Shown here: piece after piece, positions 38,132-48,592 of the stretch
Layout of the letters: each line of letters begins with the position of its first letter
Position numbering within the stretch: position 1 is the stretch's first letter
Assembly (NCBI GenBank): GCA_018812825.1
Contig: JAHJCJ010000069.1
Span: forward strand, 3,825-67,824
Length of the DNA stretch: 64,000 nucleotides
Reading direction: 5' to 3'
Source of the DNA: Candidatus Omnitrophota bacterium
GTDB taxonomy: Bacteria > Omnitrophota > Gorgyraeia > Gygaellales > Profunditerraquicolaceae
Program-made: the position numbers and the translations under genes
The notes under the pieces: generated by a model
Seen by the model: only the letters and a program-made list of their open reading frames with translations
What the model was told of the DNA's origin: nothing
Database searches by the model: none

Positions 38132-39214
38132 TTACTTCGTCATAAATTTGCTAATTTTATCACCATAAAGTCTCGATATATCATTGTAAGTAACTAATAA
38201 AGCTATTGTGATTATAAGAGTAAAACCAACATTATTAATTACACGCTCTGCCTTAATTCCCAGCGCCTTTTTCCTGAGTTTTTCCAGGCCCAGAAAAAAT
38301 ATATGCCCACCGTCAAGGATAGGTAGAGGCAAAAGATTAAATATTGCCAGGCTCACACTTAATACCGCAATCAAATGCATAACTGCAACTAAACCCAACT
38401 TTGCTGTTTTGGAAGTGATAAAGAATATTCCCAGTGGTCCAGTCATAGAATCACGCATAGACATCTTTCCGCTAACCAATCTCCATAACCCCCTATAGGT
38501 CATAACGGTTAAATCAACGGTTTTCTTAAAACCCAGATAGGCCGACTCAAAAAAACCGTGCCTGACTTCAATAACTTCATCAAAAGGGGAAACACCGATA
38601 ATGCCTAAGGAGCGTTTCTCCCCTAATTCATCGCCCAAAATCTTATCCTTAATTAATACCCTGAATTTCAATTCCTGATTATCACGCAAAACCTCCAGCT
38701 CTACGCTTTCTTTTACTTTTCTTTTCTGGATCTGGCGCTGCAGATCCTCCCATAAATATACCCTCTTACCATCTACAACGACAACTTTATCCCCTACCGC
38801 CAAACCAGCCTCTTTAGCGCCGTAACCATCAATTAACCCGCCAACCTTAGTAGTCAGGCTGGGATAACCCACAAAAAGAATGCACCAAAAAAATAAGAAA
38901 CCAAGCACATAATTTAAAAACGGTCCAAAGAAAATAATTTGGAAACGCCTGCCAATGCTTTTAGTAAGATACTCATCATCCTTGCCTTTATATTCTAACC
39001 GGCTATCTCCTGCCATCTTTACGTAGCCGCCTAAAGGTATAAGGCTTATGCTATATTCAGTATCATTTTTCTTTTTCTTAAAGACCTGCGGCCCAAACCC
39101 CAAAGAAAAATTCTCAACGCGTACGCCATTTCTCCGCGCGGCAAAAAAATGCCCAAATTCATGCACAATAATAAGCAGGCTTAAGATAAAGATAAAAATA
39201 AGTATACCAATCAT
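38132..39214 (-). CDS. rseP: RIP metalloprotease RseP
   Basis: HEFGH, PLGGYVKM, PDZ region, NLLPLPILDGGH. Confidence 0.96.
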   Translation of the reverse strand: MIGILIFIFILSLLIIVHEFGHFFAARRNGVRVENFSLGFGPQVFKKKKNDTEYSISLIPLGGYVKMAGDSRLEYKGKDDEYLTKSIGRRFQIIFFGPFLNYVLGFLFFWCILFVGYPSLTTKVGGLIDGYGAKEAGLAVGDKVVVVDGKRVYLWEDLQRQIQKRKVKESVELEVLRDNQELKFRVLIKDKILGDELGEKRSLGIIGVSPFDEVIEVRHGFFESAYLGFKKTVDLTVMTYRGLWRLVSGKMSMRDSMTGPLGIFFITSKTAKLGLVAVMHLIAVLSVSLAIFNLLPLPILDGGHIFFLGLEKLRKKALGIKAERVINNVGFTLIITIALLVTYNDISRLYGDKISKFMTK

Positions 39215-39227
39215 GTCTAATTTAAAG

Positions 39228-40373
39228 TTAGCCGCCTATACAGACAGCCTCTTCCCTGGCCCAAACATCAGCAGCCATTATATCCGATAGATCCGGATTA
39301 ACTACTCTTGTGTGGCGCCGCATTACTTTTTCTACTATTTTTGGTATGGCTAAAAAATCAATCCGATTGTTTAAAAAATTATTTACACTAACCTCGTTCG
39401 CCGCATTCAAAACTGCTGGCATTGTCCCTAACTGCCTGGCTGCCTGATACGCAAGACTAAGGCAAGGAAACTTTCCCAGATCAGGTTTTCCAAAATGTAG
39501 TTTTTTTAGACGGTAAAAATCTATTCCCGGAAACTTATTAACCAGTCTCTGCGGATAAGTTAAAGCATATTGTATGGGTATACGCATATCCGCCTCTGAA
39601 AGTTGCGCCATGATTACGCCGTCATTGAACTCAACCATAGAATGGATCAAGGCCTCAGGATGAATCAATACCTTAATTTTTTCTACTCCTAAATTAAATA
39701 AAAACATCGCCTCAAGCAGCTCTAAACCTTTATTCATCAAAGTTGCCGAATCAACCGTTATCTTTCTACCCATCTTCCAACGGGGATGCCGCAATATTTT
39801 CTCCAAACCAACCCTTTTGAATTTACTGCGCGGTAAGCTCCTTAAAGGTCCTCCGGAAGCAGTCAGATATACCCGCCTGACATCGGATTGCCGAAAACCT
39901 CCCAGGCTCTGCCAGATCGCTGATTGCTCACTATCAACCGGCAGAACCCTAACCTTGTGTTTCTTTGCCAAACGCATAACCAAAGGACCGGCCATTACCA
40001 AAGCTTCCTTATTAGCCAAAGCAATATCTTTATTACTTCTAATCGCGGCAAGTAAAGGCTTAAGCGCAGCCGAACCGGTAATAGCGAACATTGCCAGATC
40101 GATTCTCTTATCTTTAACCATTTCGCTCAAGCCATCTTCTGCGCAAAAAACCTTTATTGATGAACTTAGATCGGCGCGTAGTTTACGGGCTGATTGTTCA
40201 TCTCTTACGCACACCAGTCGCGGCTTAAATTCTTTTATCTGCTGTTTTAATTTAACAATATCTGAATTAACGCTTAAAGCCTCAACCTTAAATTGCTGCG
40301 GCAGACTTCTAACCACCAAAAGCGTACTCTGTCCTATTGATCCGCTAGAACCTAACACCGCAATTCTCTTCAC
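39228..40373 (-). CDS. dxr: 1-deoxy-D-xylulose-5-phosphate reductoisomerase
   Basis: LGSSGSIG, LANKE, PVDSEQ, LTASGGP, DSATLMNKG. Family homology begins at GTG 40373; the ORF extends in frame to ATG 40532. Confidence 0.96.
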   Translation of the reverse strand: MKRIAVLGSSGSIGQSTLLVVRSLPQQFKVEALSVNSDIVKLKQQIKEFKPRLVCVRDEQSARKLRADLSSSIKVFCAEDGLSEMVKDKRIDLAMFAITGSAALKPLLAAIRSNKDIALANKEALVMAGPLVMRLAKKHKVRVLPVDSEQSAIWQSLGGFRQSDVRRVYLTASGGPLRSLPRSKFKRVGLEKILRHPRWKMGRKITVDSATLMNKGLELLEAMFLFNLGVEKIKVLIHPEALIHSMVEFNDGVIMAQLSEADMRIPIQYALTYPQRLVNKFPGIDFYRLKKLHFGKPDLGKFPCLSLAYQAARQLGTMPAVLNAANEVSVNNFLNNRIDFLAIPKIVEKVMRRHTRVVNPDLSDIMAADVWAREEAVCIGG

Positions 40374-40528
40374 CCCGCACCTTCCTCTGTTAATTAATTT
40401 AAATCTAAATTTAATGCTTGAATAATAAGAAGACGCGGGATTTACCCCTTTTACACCTTCTCCTTTATTCATTTTTAAGCCAAACCCTATGCCCCTTCTA
40501 GCCATTAAACATAAAGAAGGCATAGGGT

Positions 40529-41323
40529 TCATCTTACGATTACGCTAAGATAAAAATAAAATACCGGGGCAGTAAATAATAAACTATCAATCTGATCTAA
40601 TACCCCACCCATGCCCGGAAAAATACTTCCTGAATCCTTAATCTGACAGTCCCGCTTAAGCAGTGATTCAGAAAGATCACCCAATTGGCCAAGTACCCCT
40701 AAACAAATTGCAGTTAACAACAGCTGCCCATAACCAAAAGGCAAGAACGATTTACTGATTAACGCGCCTAAAACACTAAATAATAATCCGCCAAGCGCTC
40801 CTTCAATGGTCTTCTTTGGGCTTATATGCTGCATTAAAGGTCTTTTTCCCCAACGGCTTCCCACTAAATATGCCCCAATATCCCCCAATTTAACAATTAA
40901 CAATAAAGCCACCAGAAAACCAAATCCTCCTGAAAGATAGCGTATCTTTATGATAAAACTAAAAAACCAGGAAACATAAAGTATGCCAAAAAGCGTAGTC
41001 GAGATATCTACAATCACTCCAGAACTGTCCCGGCGTTTAAATTGCATAAGCAGAATAAAAAACAAAGCCAGGACAATAAAGAGCAACTCCCAGCTTTTAG
41101 TTGGCTCAAACCTGAACATGATAGATAGAGGAATAACCGCTCCCATGCCAATACCGAAATATTTATAGATATTTATCCCTTTTTTTTCAAGCATCATAAA
41201 ATATTCATATAATCCAACAATAATGAAAATAGTAGCTATTAATCCACAGAGCCAGTCAAAAAAAATCACTACTGAAATAACACTGATAAGTATGCCAGAA
41301 CTGATTATTCTTTTAACGAGCAT
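40529..41323 (-). CDS. cdsA: Phosphatidate cytidylyltransferase
   Basis: DIGAY..G, ISPKKT.EG, GDLSES..KR...KDSG..FPG.GG.LD..DS. Confidence 0.96.
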   Translation of the reverse strand: MLVKRIISSGILISVISVVIFFDWLCGLIATIFIIVGLYEYFMMLEKKGINIYKYFGIGMGAVIPLSIMFRFEPTKSWELLFIVLALFFILLMQFKRRDSSGVIVDISTTLFGILYVSWFFSFIIKIRYLSGGFGFLVALLLIVKLGDIGAYLVGSRWGKRPLMQHISPKKTIEGALGGLLFSVLGALISKSFLPFGYGQLLLTAICLGVLGQLGDLSESLLKRDCQIKDSGSIFPGMGGVLDQIDSLLFTAPVFYFYLSVIVR

Positions 41324-42032
41324 CTAAGCCTCCAAACCTACGCTCTCTTTTTTGGTATTCTTTAATTGCTTCCCTTAATTCTTCCATCCCGAAATCCGGC
41401 CAGTATTCTTTAGAAAAATAAAACTCAGAATAAGAAAGCTGCCAGAGCAAGAAATTGCTGATACGCATCTCTTCGCTGGTGCGAATTAAAAGATCGGGAT
41501 CAGGAATATCCGCGGTATAAAAATAACGGCTAAATTGCTCCGACTCCAGGCTCTCAAGATCAGCCTTGCCAGTTAATACATCTTTTGCAAACTTCTTGGC
41601 AGCATCTACAATCTCCTGTCTGCCACCATAATTTAAAGCCAAAACAACCTTTAGGCCGGTATTACCACTGGTCTTTTCCTGTGCTTTTTTAATCTTTACT
41701 TGGAGATACTGAGGAATAGGATCATTTCTTCCGATAACCAAAAAGCGCATGTTATTCTTATGTAATTCAATAATCTCTTTATCCAGGAAATTACCCAGAT
41801 AGCGCATTAAGACATTAACTTCATTTTTTGGCCGGGACCAATTCTCTGTTGAAAAAGCAAAAAAAGTAACCGTCTGTATCCCTAATTGGCTTGCGCCACG
41901 GATAATCTCTTTTACGCGCTTTATCCCCTCCCGATGCCCGACAGTACGGCTCATGCCTTTTTCTTTTGCCCAGCGGCCGTTACCATCCATAATAAAAGCT
42001 ATATGCTTAGGGGTTTTAAGATTGTCCTGCAT
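41313..42032 (-). CDS. uppS: Undecaprenyl diphosphate synthase
   Basis: HIAFIMDGNGRWA, AFSTENW.RP, RTS.E.RISNFLLWQ. Confidence 0.97.
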   Translation of the reverse strand: MQDNLKTPKHIAFIMDGNGRWAKEKGMSRTVGHREGIKRVKEIIRGASQLGIQTVTFFAFSTENWSRPKNEVNVLMRYLGNFLDKEIIELHKNNMRFLVIGRNDPIPQYLQVKIKKAQEKTSGNTGLKVVLALNYGGRQEIVDAAKKFAKDVLTGKADLESLESEQFSRYFYTADIPDPDLLIRTSEEMRISNFLLWQLSYSEFYFSKEYWPDFGMEELREAIKEYQKRERRFGGLDAR

Positions 42033-42033
42033 A

Positions 42034-43614
42034 CTACTGATGCACCTGATAATCTATATTAGGGAAGAGGTTGTCCTTATATTCAATATCTGAAAGCCAG
42101 TTCTCGTTAATATTATTAGACTTGACATCTTCATAAATCCGACTAAATCTTAATAGATGGTCCTTGGTGCGACGCACCGCATAGCTGGTATGCGTGCCCG
42201 TTCCCAGGATAAAAGCCCAATCAGAACTTTGCGCCAGAAGCAACTCGCGCAAGGCCTGGTTTAACGCCCGACGCAATAAGCCTTGGGCACCAGGATGGCT
42301 CCTGGTTAACTCGCTCATCCGGTCTGAAGCCATATGCAAGTGTCGATAGATCCAGTCATTTGCCCCTTGCAACCACATTTCCGAATACCCTTTATAACCC
42401 CAACTGGAAAGTGATGGGGTAATTACCTGATTACGTGGATTCTCCTCTAAATATTCCGAAGGGGTAATCATACGTATTTCATTCTGATCGCAGGCAATTT
42501 TGCGGAAAAGAAAATCCAGCCACATCGGCCCCTCATACCACCAATGCCCAAAAAGCTCAGCGTCATACGGCGAGACAATAATCGGCGGTTTATTCATAAG
42601 GTCGTTAAGATAGCTCGCCTGTTTTTGGCGATTAAACATAAAATTACCAGCATGCTCTGCTACACGCTCCCTTGCCCATTCCGGAACATAGGGCTCCTTA
42701 TGATTGCCAGTACCGCTAATGCGATAATATTTTATCCCCGTATTAATACGCACTCCGTCGGGATGAATATATGGCTTAATATAATCAAACTCCAAGTCAA
42801 AACCAACATCACGGTAAAATTCTCTATAGTTATAATCTCCAGGATAACCTTCAATAGAAGACCAAACCTGTTTTGATGATTCCAGATCCCTGCCAAAACA
42901 AGCTACTCCTGTACCTTTACAATAAACCGGAGCAAAAACTCCATATTTAGGACGCGGCGTCCCATGCAGCAGGCCATGAGAATCAGTAAAAAAATAACGT
43001 ATACCGGCCTCGCGAAATATCTCATCATGTCCGGGGAAAAACCCGCATTCCGGCAGCCAAATACCCCGCGGCCTTCTATCAAAGACGCTTTCATAATGAT
43101 CTGCTGCCACTCTTACTTGTGCGCGCACCGAATCCCGGCAAACATCCATAAGCGGAAAGAACCCATGCGTAGCACCACAGGTAATTATCTCAACCTTACC
43201 TAGATCCTGAAATTTCTTAAAGGCATACACTAGATTACAACTATACTTTTGGAAGGTATCCCGGGCATGCGAAAATCTGTTAAAATACATCTCTGCCAGG
43301 CGCCTGAATGCCTCCTGCCACTTAGTCCTTTCCATTTCTTTTTGGGATAACTCAATAAGTTTATTTATATGCTTTAAATAACGCTCCTGCAACAGAGGAT
43401 CTGCAAGCATAGAGATAAGCGTGGGGCTTAAAGTCATGGTAATCCGAAAGTCTACCCCGTCGGCAACCAGGCCTTCAAAAACAGAAATCAGCGGTACATA
43501 AGTCTCAGTGATTGCCTCATAAAGCCAATCTTCTTCCAAGAAATCTTCATGTTCCGGGTGGCGCACAAAAGGCAAGTGGCCATGTAAAACTAAACAAAGA
43601 TATCCTTTAGGCAT
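42034..43614 (-). CDS. GH57 family 1,4-alpha-glucan branching enzyme (DUF1957)
   Basis: HGHLPFV, WLPEC, YREFY, YDAELFGHWW.EG, LLAQSSDW.F. Confidence 0.92.
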   Translation of the reverse strand: MPKGYLCLVLHGHLPFVRHPEHEDFLEEDWLYEAITETYVPLISVFEGLVADGVDFRITMTLSPTLISMLADPLLQERYLKHINKLIELSQKEMERTKWQEAFRRLAEMYFNRFSHARDTFQKYSCNLVYAFKKFQDLGKVEIITCGATHGFFPLMDVCRDSVRAQVRVAADHYESVFDRRPRGIWLPECGFFPGHDEIFREAGIRYFFTDSHGLLHGTPRPKYGVFAPVYCKGTGVACFGRDLESSKQVWSSIEGYPGDYNYREFYRDVGFDLEFDYIKPYIHPDGVRINTGIKYYRISGTGNHKEPYVPEWARERVAEHAGNFMFNRQKQASYLNDLMNKPPIIVSPYDAELFGHWWYEGPMWLDFLFRKIACDQNEIRMITPSEYLEENPRNQVITPSLSSWGYKGYSEMWLQGANDWIYRHLHMASDRMSELTRSHPGAQGLLRRALNQALRELLLAQSSDWAFILGTGTHTSYAVRRTKDHLLRFSRIYEDVKSNNINENWLSDIEYKDNLFPNIDYQVHQ

Positions 43615-43618
43615 GGGT

Positions 43619-44593
43619 TTATTTGGTTTCTCGCATTACGATTGGAGTAATAACACGCTCTTCTAATTTATCCGCGGAGGTCGCTTTAACCGGGATTATC
43701 TGCTTGCCATCCGGCAAATAATAGCGCAAGGTAAAAGTACCATCAGGCCTTAAATTAATCGGCATCCCCTGCACCGTAACTTTAGCGTCGGGCTGAGTCG
43801 CTCCATAAACAATTAGTTCACAATCTACTTTCATCCAAAAGCTTCTCTCCTTAACCTCTTTTCTTACCGGGCTGGAGGAGATCCCGGAGCTGAACAAACC
43901 CTGTTTAATACGTTCCTGCCAGCCGCGGCCTACCAAAGAACTCCTACCTAAACCAAAACCCATCCCATAAAGCCTGGCAAATACATCATCCGGGATCATC
44001 CATTCTTCATCAGTAACCCATGACGGGCCATCCAAAGGAGTCGCAACGACATTAGAACGTAAAATAGTAATGAATCTGCCATCGGTTAACATTAACCCGA
44101 GATCCACGCACCAGGAACGCCCAGGCCCTGCCGTATCAATATACCAGCTATTGGCGAAATCATTGTATTGGATATCAAAAAAACTATTGGCATTAAAACC
44201 ATTAAAGATAATATTAGTAACATCGTAAACCCTTAAAATTTTTTTTGCGCGGTAGAAATCATCTCCTAATTTACTTTTCAGGCTTTCAATGGTCTGATTC
44301 CTTAACTCCCAGTACGCATGCAACCAACGCGGATCACGCACCTGCAAAATAATCTTATCCTGATCATAAAAAGAGGGAATATCCTGAGGCATAGCGCTCC
44401 TGGCGCGCGTATTTTCCGGATGAGAAAATTTTGTATTAACGGCAATGGTCTCCTGAAAACCAGGAATATCTTTGGTTATAAAAACCCCTGCTGGGTCAGC
44501 AATAAACGATTTCTTTTTCTTTGGCTTTAGAGAAACAAGCTTAATAGGAATAATCTTCTTTAGCTTATCTTTTACTTTATTTAATATTCTCAT
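43619..44593 (-). CDS. DUF4912 domain-containing protein
   Basis: VRDP.WL.AYW, LRVYD.T, RSN...TP, ELIVYGAT; usual partner of the GH57 branching enzyme. Confidence 0.85.
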   Translation of the reverse strand: MRILNKVKDKLKKIIPIKLVSLKPKKKKSFIADPAGVFITKDIPGFQETIAVNTKFSHPENTRARSAMPQDIPSFYDQDKIILQVRDPRWLHAYWELRNQTIESLKSKLGDDFYRAKKILRVYDVTNIIFNGFNANSFFDIQYNDFANSWYIDTAGPGRSWCVDLGLMLTDGRFITILRSNVVATPLDGPSWVTDEEWMIPDDVFARLYGMGFGLGRSSLVGRGWQERIKQGLFSSGISSSPVRKEVKERSFWMKVDCELIVYGATQPDAKVTVQGMPINLRPDGTFTLRYYLPDGKQIIPVKATSADKLEERVITPIVMRETK

Positions 44594-44610
44594 CAACCCA
44601 CCTCCCTTTA

Positions 44611-44637
44611 ATAAAAACGGGGATTATCTCCCCTTTT
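44611..44637 (-). terminator. Intrinsic terminator-like hairpin
   Basis: Minus strand AAAAGGGGA-GATAA-TCCCC-GTTTTTAT; short 5-bp core stem. Confidence 0.4.
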
Positions 44638-44719
44638 CACAGAACAATTGCTGCGTTCATTTGAACTCCCCTTATTTCATTTATAGGATTATTACCCGCT
44701 TAGCGATACCCTTTTTAAA

Positions 44720-45061
44720 TCATTTTCCAGGGGCCTCTTTAAGCTTAGTTACATTTTTCAGCTCTTCTTTGAGGCCTTGGTTTACCAACTGCTCTTGGAC
44801 TAAAATTCCTTTGGTTTCTTCAAGCGCTGTCCTTACCTCTTCAGCCTCTTTTTCCTTTGCCTTGGCCCTTTCCTCTAAAGCTGACCTCTCCTGGGAGAAT
44901 TTGTTAATCTTTTCTTCTAACTGAAGACGCACAGCCATTTCTTTATCACGGCCGGATTTTTGGCGCATCGCGCTGTTATAAAAACTAAGTGTACCGAAAA
45001 AGAATATCGTCGTGCTTATCGCTAAAATAATAACTATGCGGTTCTTTAAAGCATCTTCCAT
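44720..45061 (-). CDS. Membrane-anchored coiled-coil hypothetical protein
   Basis: N-terminal hydrophobic helix followed by an E/K-rich heptad pattern. Confidence 0.75.
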   Translation of the reverse strand: MEDALKNRIVIILAISTTIFFFGTLSFYNSAMRQKSGRDKEMAVRLQLEEKINKFSQERSALEERAKAKEKEAEEVRTALEETKGILVQEQLVNQGLKEELKNVTKLKEAPGK

Positions 45062-45102
45062 TTTTTAGTCTAAATTCCCCATCGCTTAAACACTACCTTG
45101 GC

Positions 45103-45795
45103 TTATTTAAGATTATCTTCAGATTCTTTGAGCTCAAATGAATCCGTATTAAGATTATCCTCAGGGGCCTTCAATCCAGAGGACCCCTTGAAACCACCTT
45201 TAACTTTAGAAATATTAGGCAAGATGACTATCTCTACCCTGCGGTTCTGCTTACGGCCATCTATAGTTTCATTAGAATCTACCGGCCGGTATTCTCCGTA
45301 ACCAATTGCAGACAAACGTTCAGGCGCGATTCCCTGGTTATTGACTAAATAGTGCAAGACACTTAAGGCCCGAGCAGTAGAAAGCTCCCAATTAGACTTC
45401 CAACCGGAAAGCTTAATCGGGACATTATCGGTATGACCTTCAATACCCACGTTAAACTGCCCCATATCGTCTTTTAATATCGCCGCTACCTTATCTAATA
45501 AAGGATAGGCCTCAAGCCTGATCTTGGATTTTCCGGAATCAAACAAAAGGTCTCCAACCACGGTAATGACCAGCCCCTTCTCCATCATCTGGAGCTTTAT
45601 CTGTTTATCATTTATCTCCTGCCCGAGCTTCTGTTCAAGCATACTCTTGGAGCGCAAAAGTTCATCCAGCTGAGCATTTAATTCCTCAATTTTCTGGGCA
45701 TCAGAGCGCCTGCCTTTCTGGAAAACAAAACTACACCCTGCCAGGCTTAAAGTTATAAATAAAACTAATGTAAATTTAAGCAAATTATTTCTCAT
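45103..45795 (-). CDS. OmpA/MotB-like peptidoglycan-binding lipoprotein
   Basis: Lipobox LAGC, coiled coil, LLFDSG, EGHTD, NWELS.ARA, NRRVEI. Confidence 0.9.
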   Translation of the reverse strand: MRNNLLKFTLVLFITLSLAGCSFVFQKGRRSDAQKIEELNAQLDELLRSKSMLEQKLGQEINDKQIKLQMMEKGLVITVVGDLLFDSGKSKIRLEAYPLLDKVAAILKDDMGQFNVGIEGHTDNVPIKLSGWKSNWELSTARALSVLHYLVNNQGIAPERLSAIGYGEYRPVDSNETIDGRKQNRRVEIVILPNISKVKGGFKGSSGLKAPEDNLNTDSFELKESEDNLK

Positions 45796-45862
45796 CTTGA
45801 CTCTCCTTGGTTTTGGTTATCGGTAACCAAACTACGGCCCCTACCTGTTTAATTGAAATTTA

Positions 45863-45891
45863 AATATAACATAACCTCTTCTTGTAGTCAA
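45863..45891 (-). promoter_or_regulatory. Sigma70-type promoter
   Basis: TTGACT-17 nt-TATATT with extended TG, about 67 nt upstream of the OmpA-family gene. Confidence 0.7.
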
Positions 45892-45912
45892 GGGTTTTAT
45901 CCAGTCTACGGC

Positions 45913-47329
<1,417 letters not shown>

Positions 47330-47334
47330 TTTTT

Positions 47335-48573
47335 CTATGGTGTCATTGTAAAAATCTTATGCGCGATATCCGGATACCTTGCAATAAAATTCAACTCATC
47401 ATCAACCAACGGCTTCTGATTATGCACATTAGCATACCGGACCAGTTCCAATATGCGCGTAGCCTCGGCATCATCCTTAAAAGCCACCTCTAATTTTTCA
47501 TAAACATTGCGGAACCCCTTAATCCCGGAATATTCACCGGCAGTAATCTTCCTGCCCGTCTCAATTATCTCCGGCTCTCCGCGGCCAAGCTCCTCGTAAT
47601 CATAAAGCTCATAATTACGCCTGTCTTTTAATGCCCCGTCGGCATGGATCCCGGATTCATGGGCAAAGGCATTAGCCCCCACCCCAGGCTGGTTAATAGG
47701 AATAGGCACGCCAAAAGCATAAGAAGCATATTTACAAATCTTCCAGGCCATCTTTAAATCCACTTTTTCATCTAAATGATAATCCTGCATTCCCTGGCCG
47801 AATTTAATCGCTAAAATTACCGAAACCAGATCCGCATTACCCGCACGCTCACCCATACCATTAACACAGGTGTTAATATATGCATCTACCCCGGCATCAT
47901 TGGCTGCTTTGGCTCCGGCAATAGAATTAGCCACTACCAAACCCAAATCATTATGACAATGCACCTCGATAGGAATCCCCACTGCTTCGGCCAATAATTT
48001 TATACGTTCGTATATACTAAAAGGAATATCGCATCCTAATGTATCGCAGTAACGGATCCTGTTGGCTCCTGCCTTTTTTGCCTTAACAGCAAACTCGACG
48101 AGATATTCTATGTCGGTACGCGAGGCATCTTCAGAATTTACTCCGATAGTCTCTGCTCCTAATTTTATCGCCTCGCCTACCGCATCCTCCATCTCCTGGA
48201 TTACCGATTGGTGATCCAGCTTGCCTTTAAATTTATGAATAATCATCTGATCACTGGTTGAGATGGAAAGATTAATGTACTTTAAATGCGGCACTAGCGC
48301 AAAAGCAGCCCTTACATCTTCTTTTGTCGCGCGTAACCAACCGCTTAGCCTGATATTAGAAAATCCACCTAATTTAACCAGCTCTAAATTGGCATTCAGG
48401 TAATTTGTTTCATGACGCGTAAGTGGAAAACCAAACTCCGACTGAAAAACCCCCATCTTGTCCAGATACCAGTTAATCATAGTCTTTTGCAGTTTAGACA
48501 AACAAATACGCGAAGTCTGCACCCCGTCGCGATTAGTTACATCGAACAAATAAATCTTCGGTTTATGCGCCAT
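47335..48573 (-). CDS. DRE-TIM Claisen-condensing enzyme (homocitrate synthase-like; probable Re-citrate synthase)
   Basis: DVTNRDGVQ, EDASR, HCHNDLG, GMGERAGNA, AFAHESGIH; no LeuA regulatory domain. Confidence 0.85.
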   Translation of the reverse strand: MAHKPKIYLFDVTNRDGVQTSRICLSKLQKTMINWYLDKMGVFQSEFGFPLTRHETNYLNANLELVKLGGFSNIRLSGWLRATKEDVRAAFALVPHLKYINLSISTSDQMIIHKFKGKLDHQSVIQEMEDAVGEAIKLGAETIGVNSEDASRTDIEYLVEFAVKAKKAGANRIRYCDTLGCDIPFSIYERIKLLAEAVGIPIEVHCHNDLGLVVANSIAGAKAANDAGVDAYINTCVNGMGERAGNADLVSVILAIKFGQGMQDYHLDEKVDLKMAWKICKYASYAFGVPIPINQPGVGANAFAHESGIHADGALKDRRNYELYDYEELGRGEPEIIETGRKITAGEYSGIKGFRNVYEKLEVAFKDDAEATRILELVRYANVHNQKPLVDDELNFIARYPDIAHKIFTMTP

Positions 48574-48592
48574 ATTTTTTCTCCTACGTTGC

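Noticed and set aside
45103-45795. Flagellar motB
   Set aside because: It has a lipobox rather than the MotB TM helix with the conserved Asp, and no motA is adjacent.
45864-45891. dif-like site (TTATGTTATAT resembles a XerD arm)
   Set aside because: No XerC arm at 6-bp spacing; the sequence is explained by a -35/-10 promoter.
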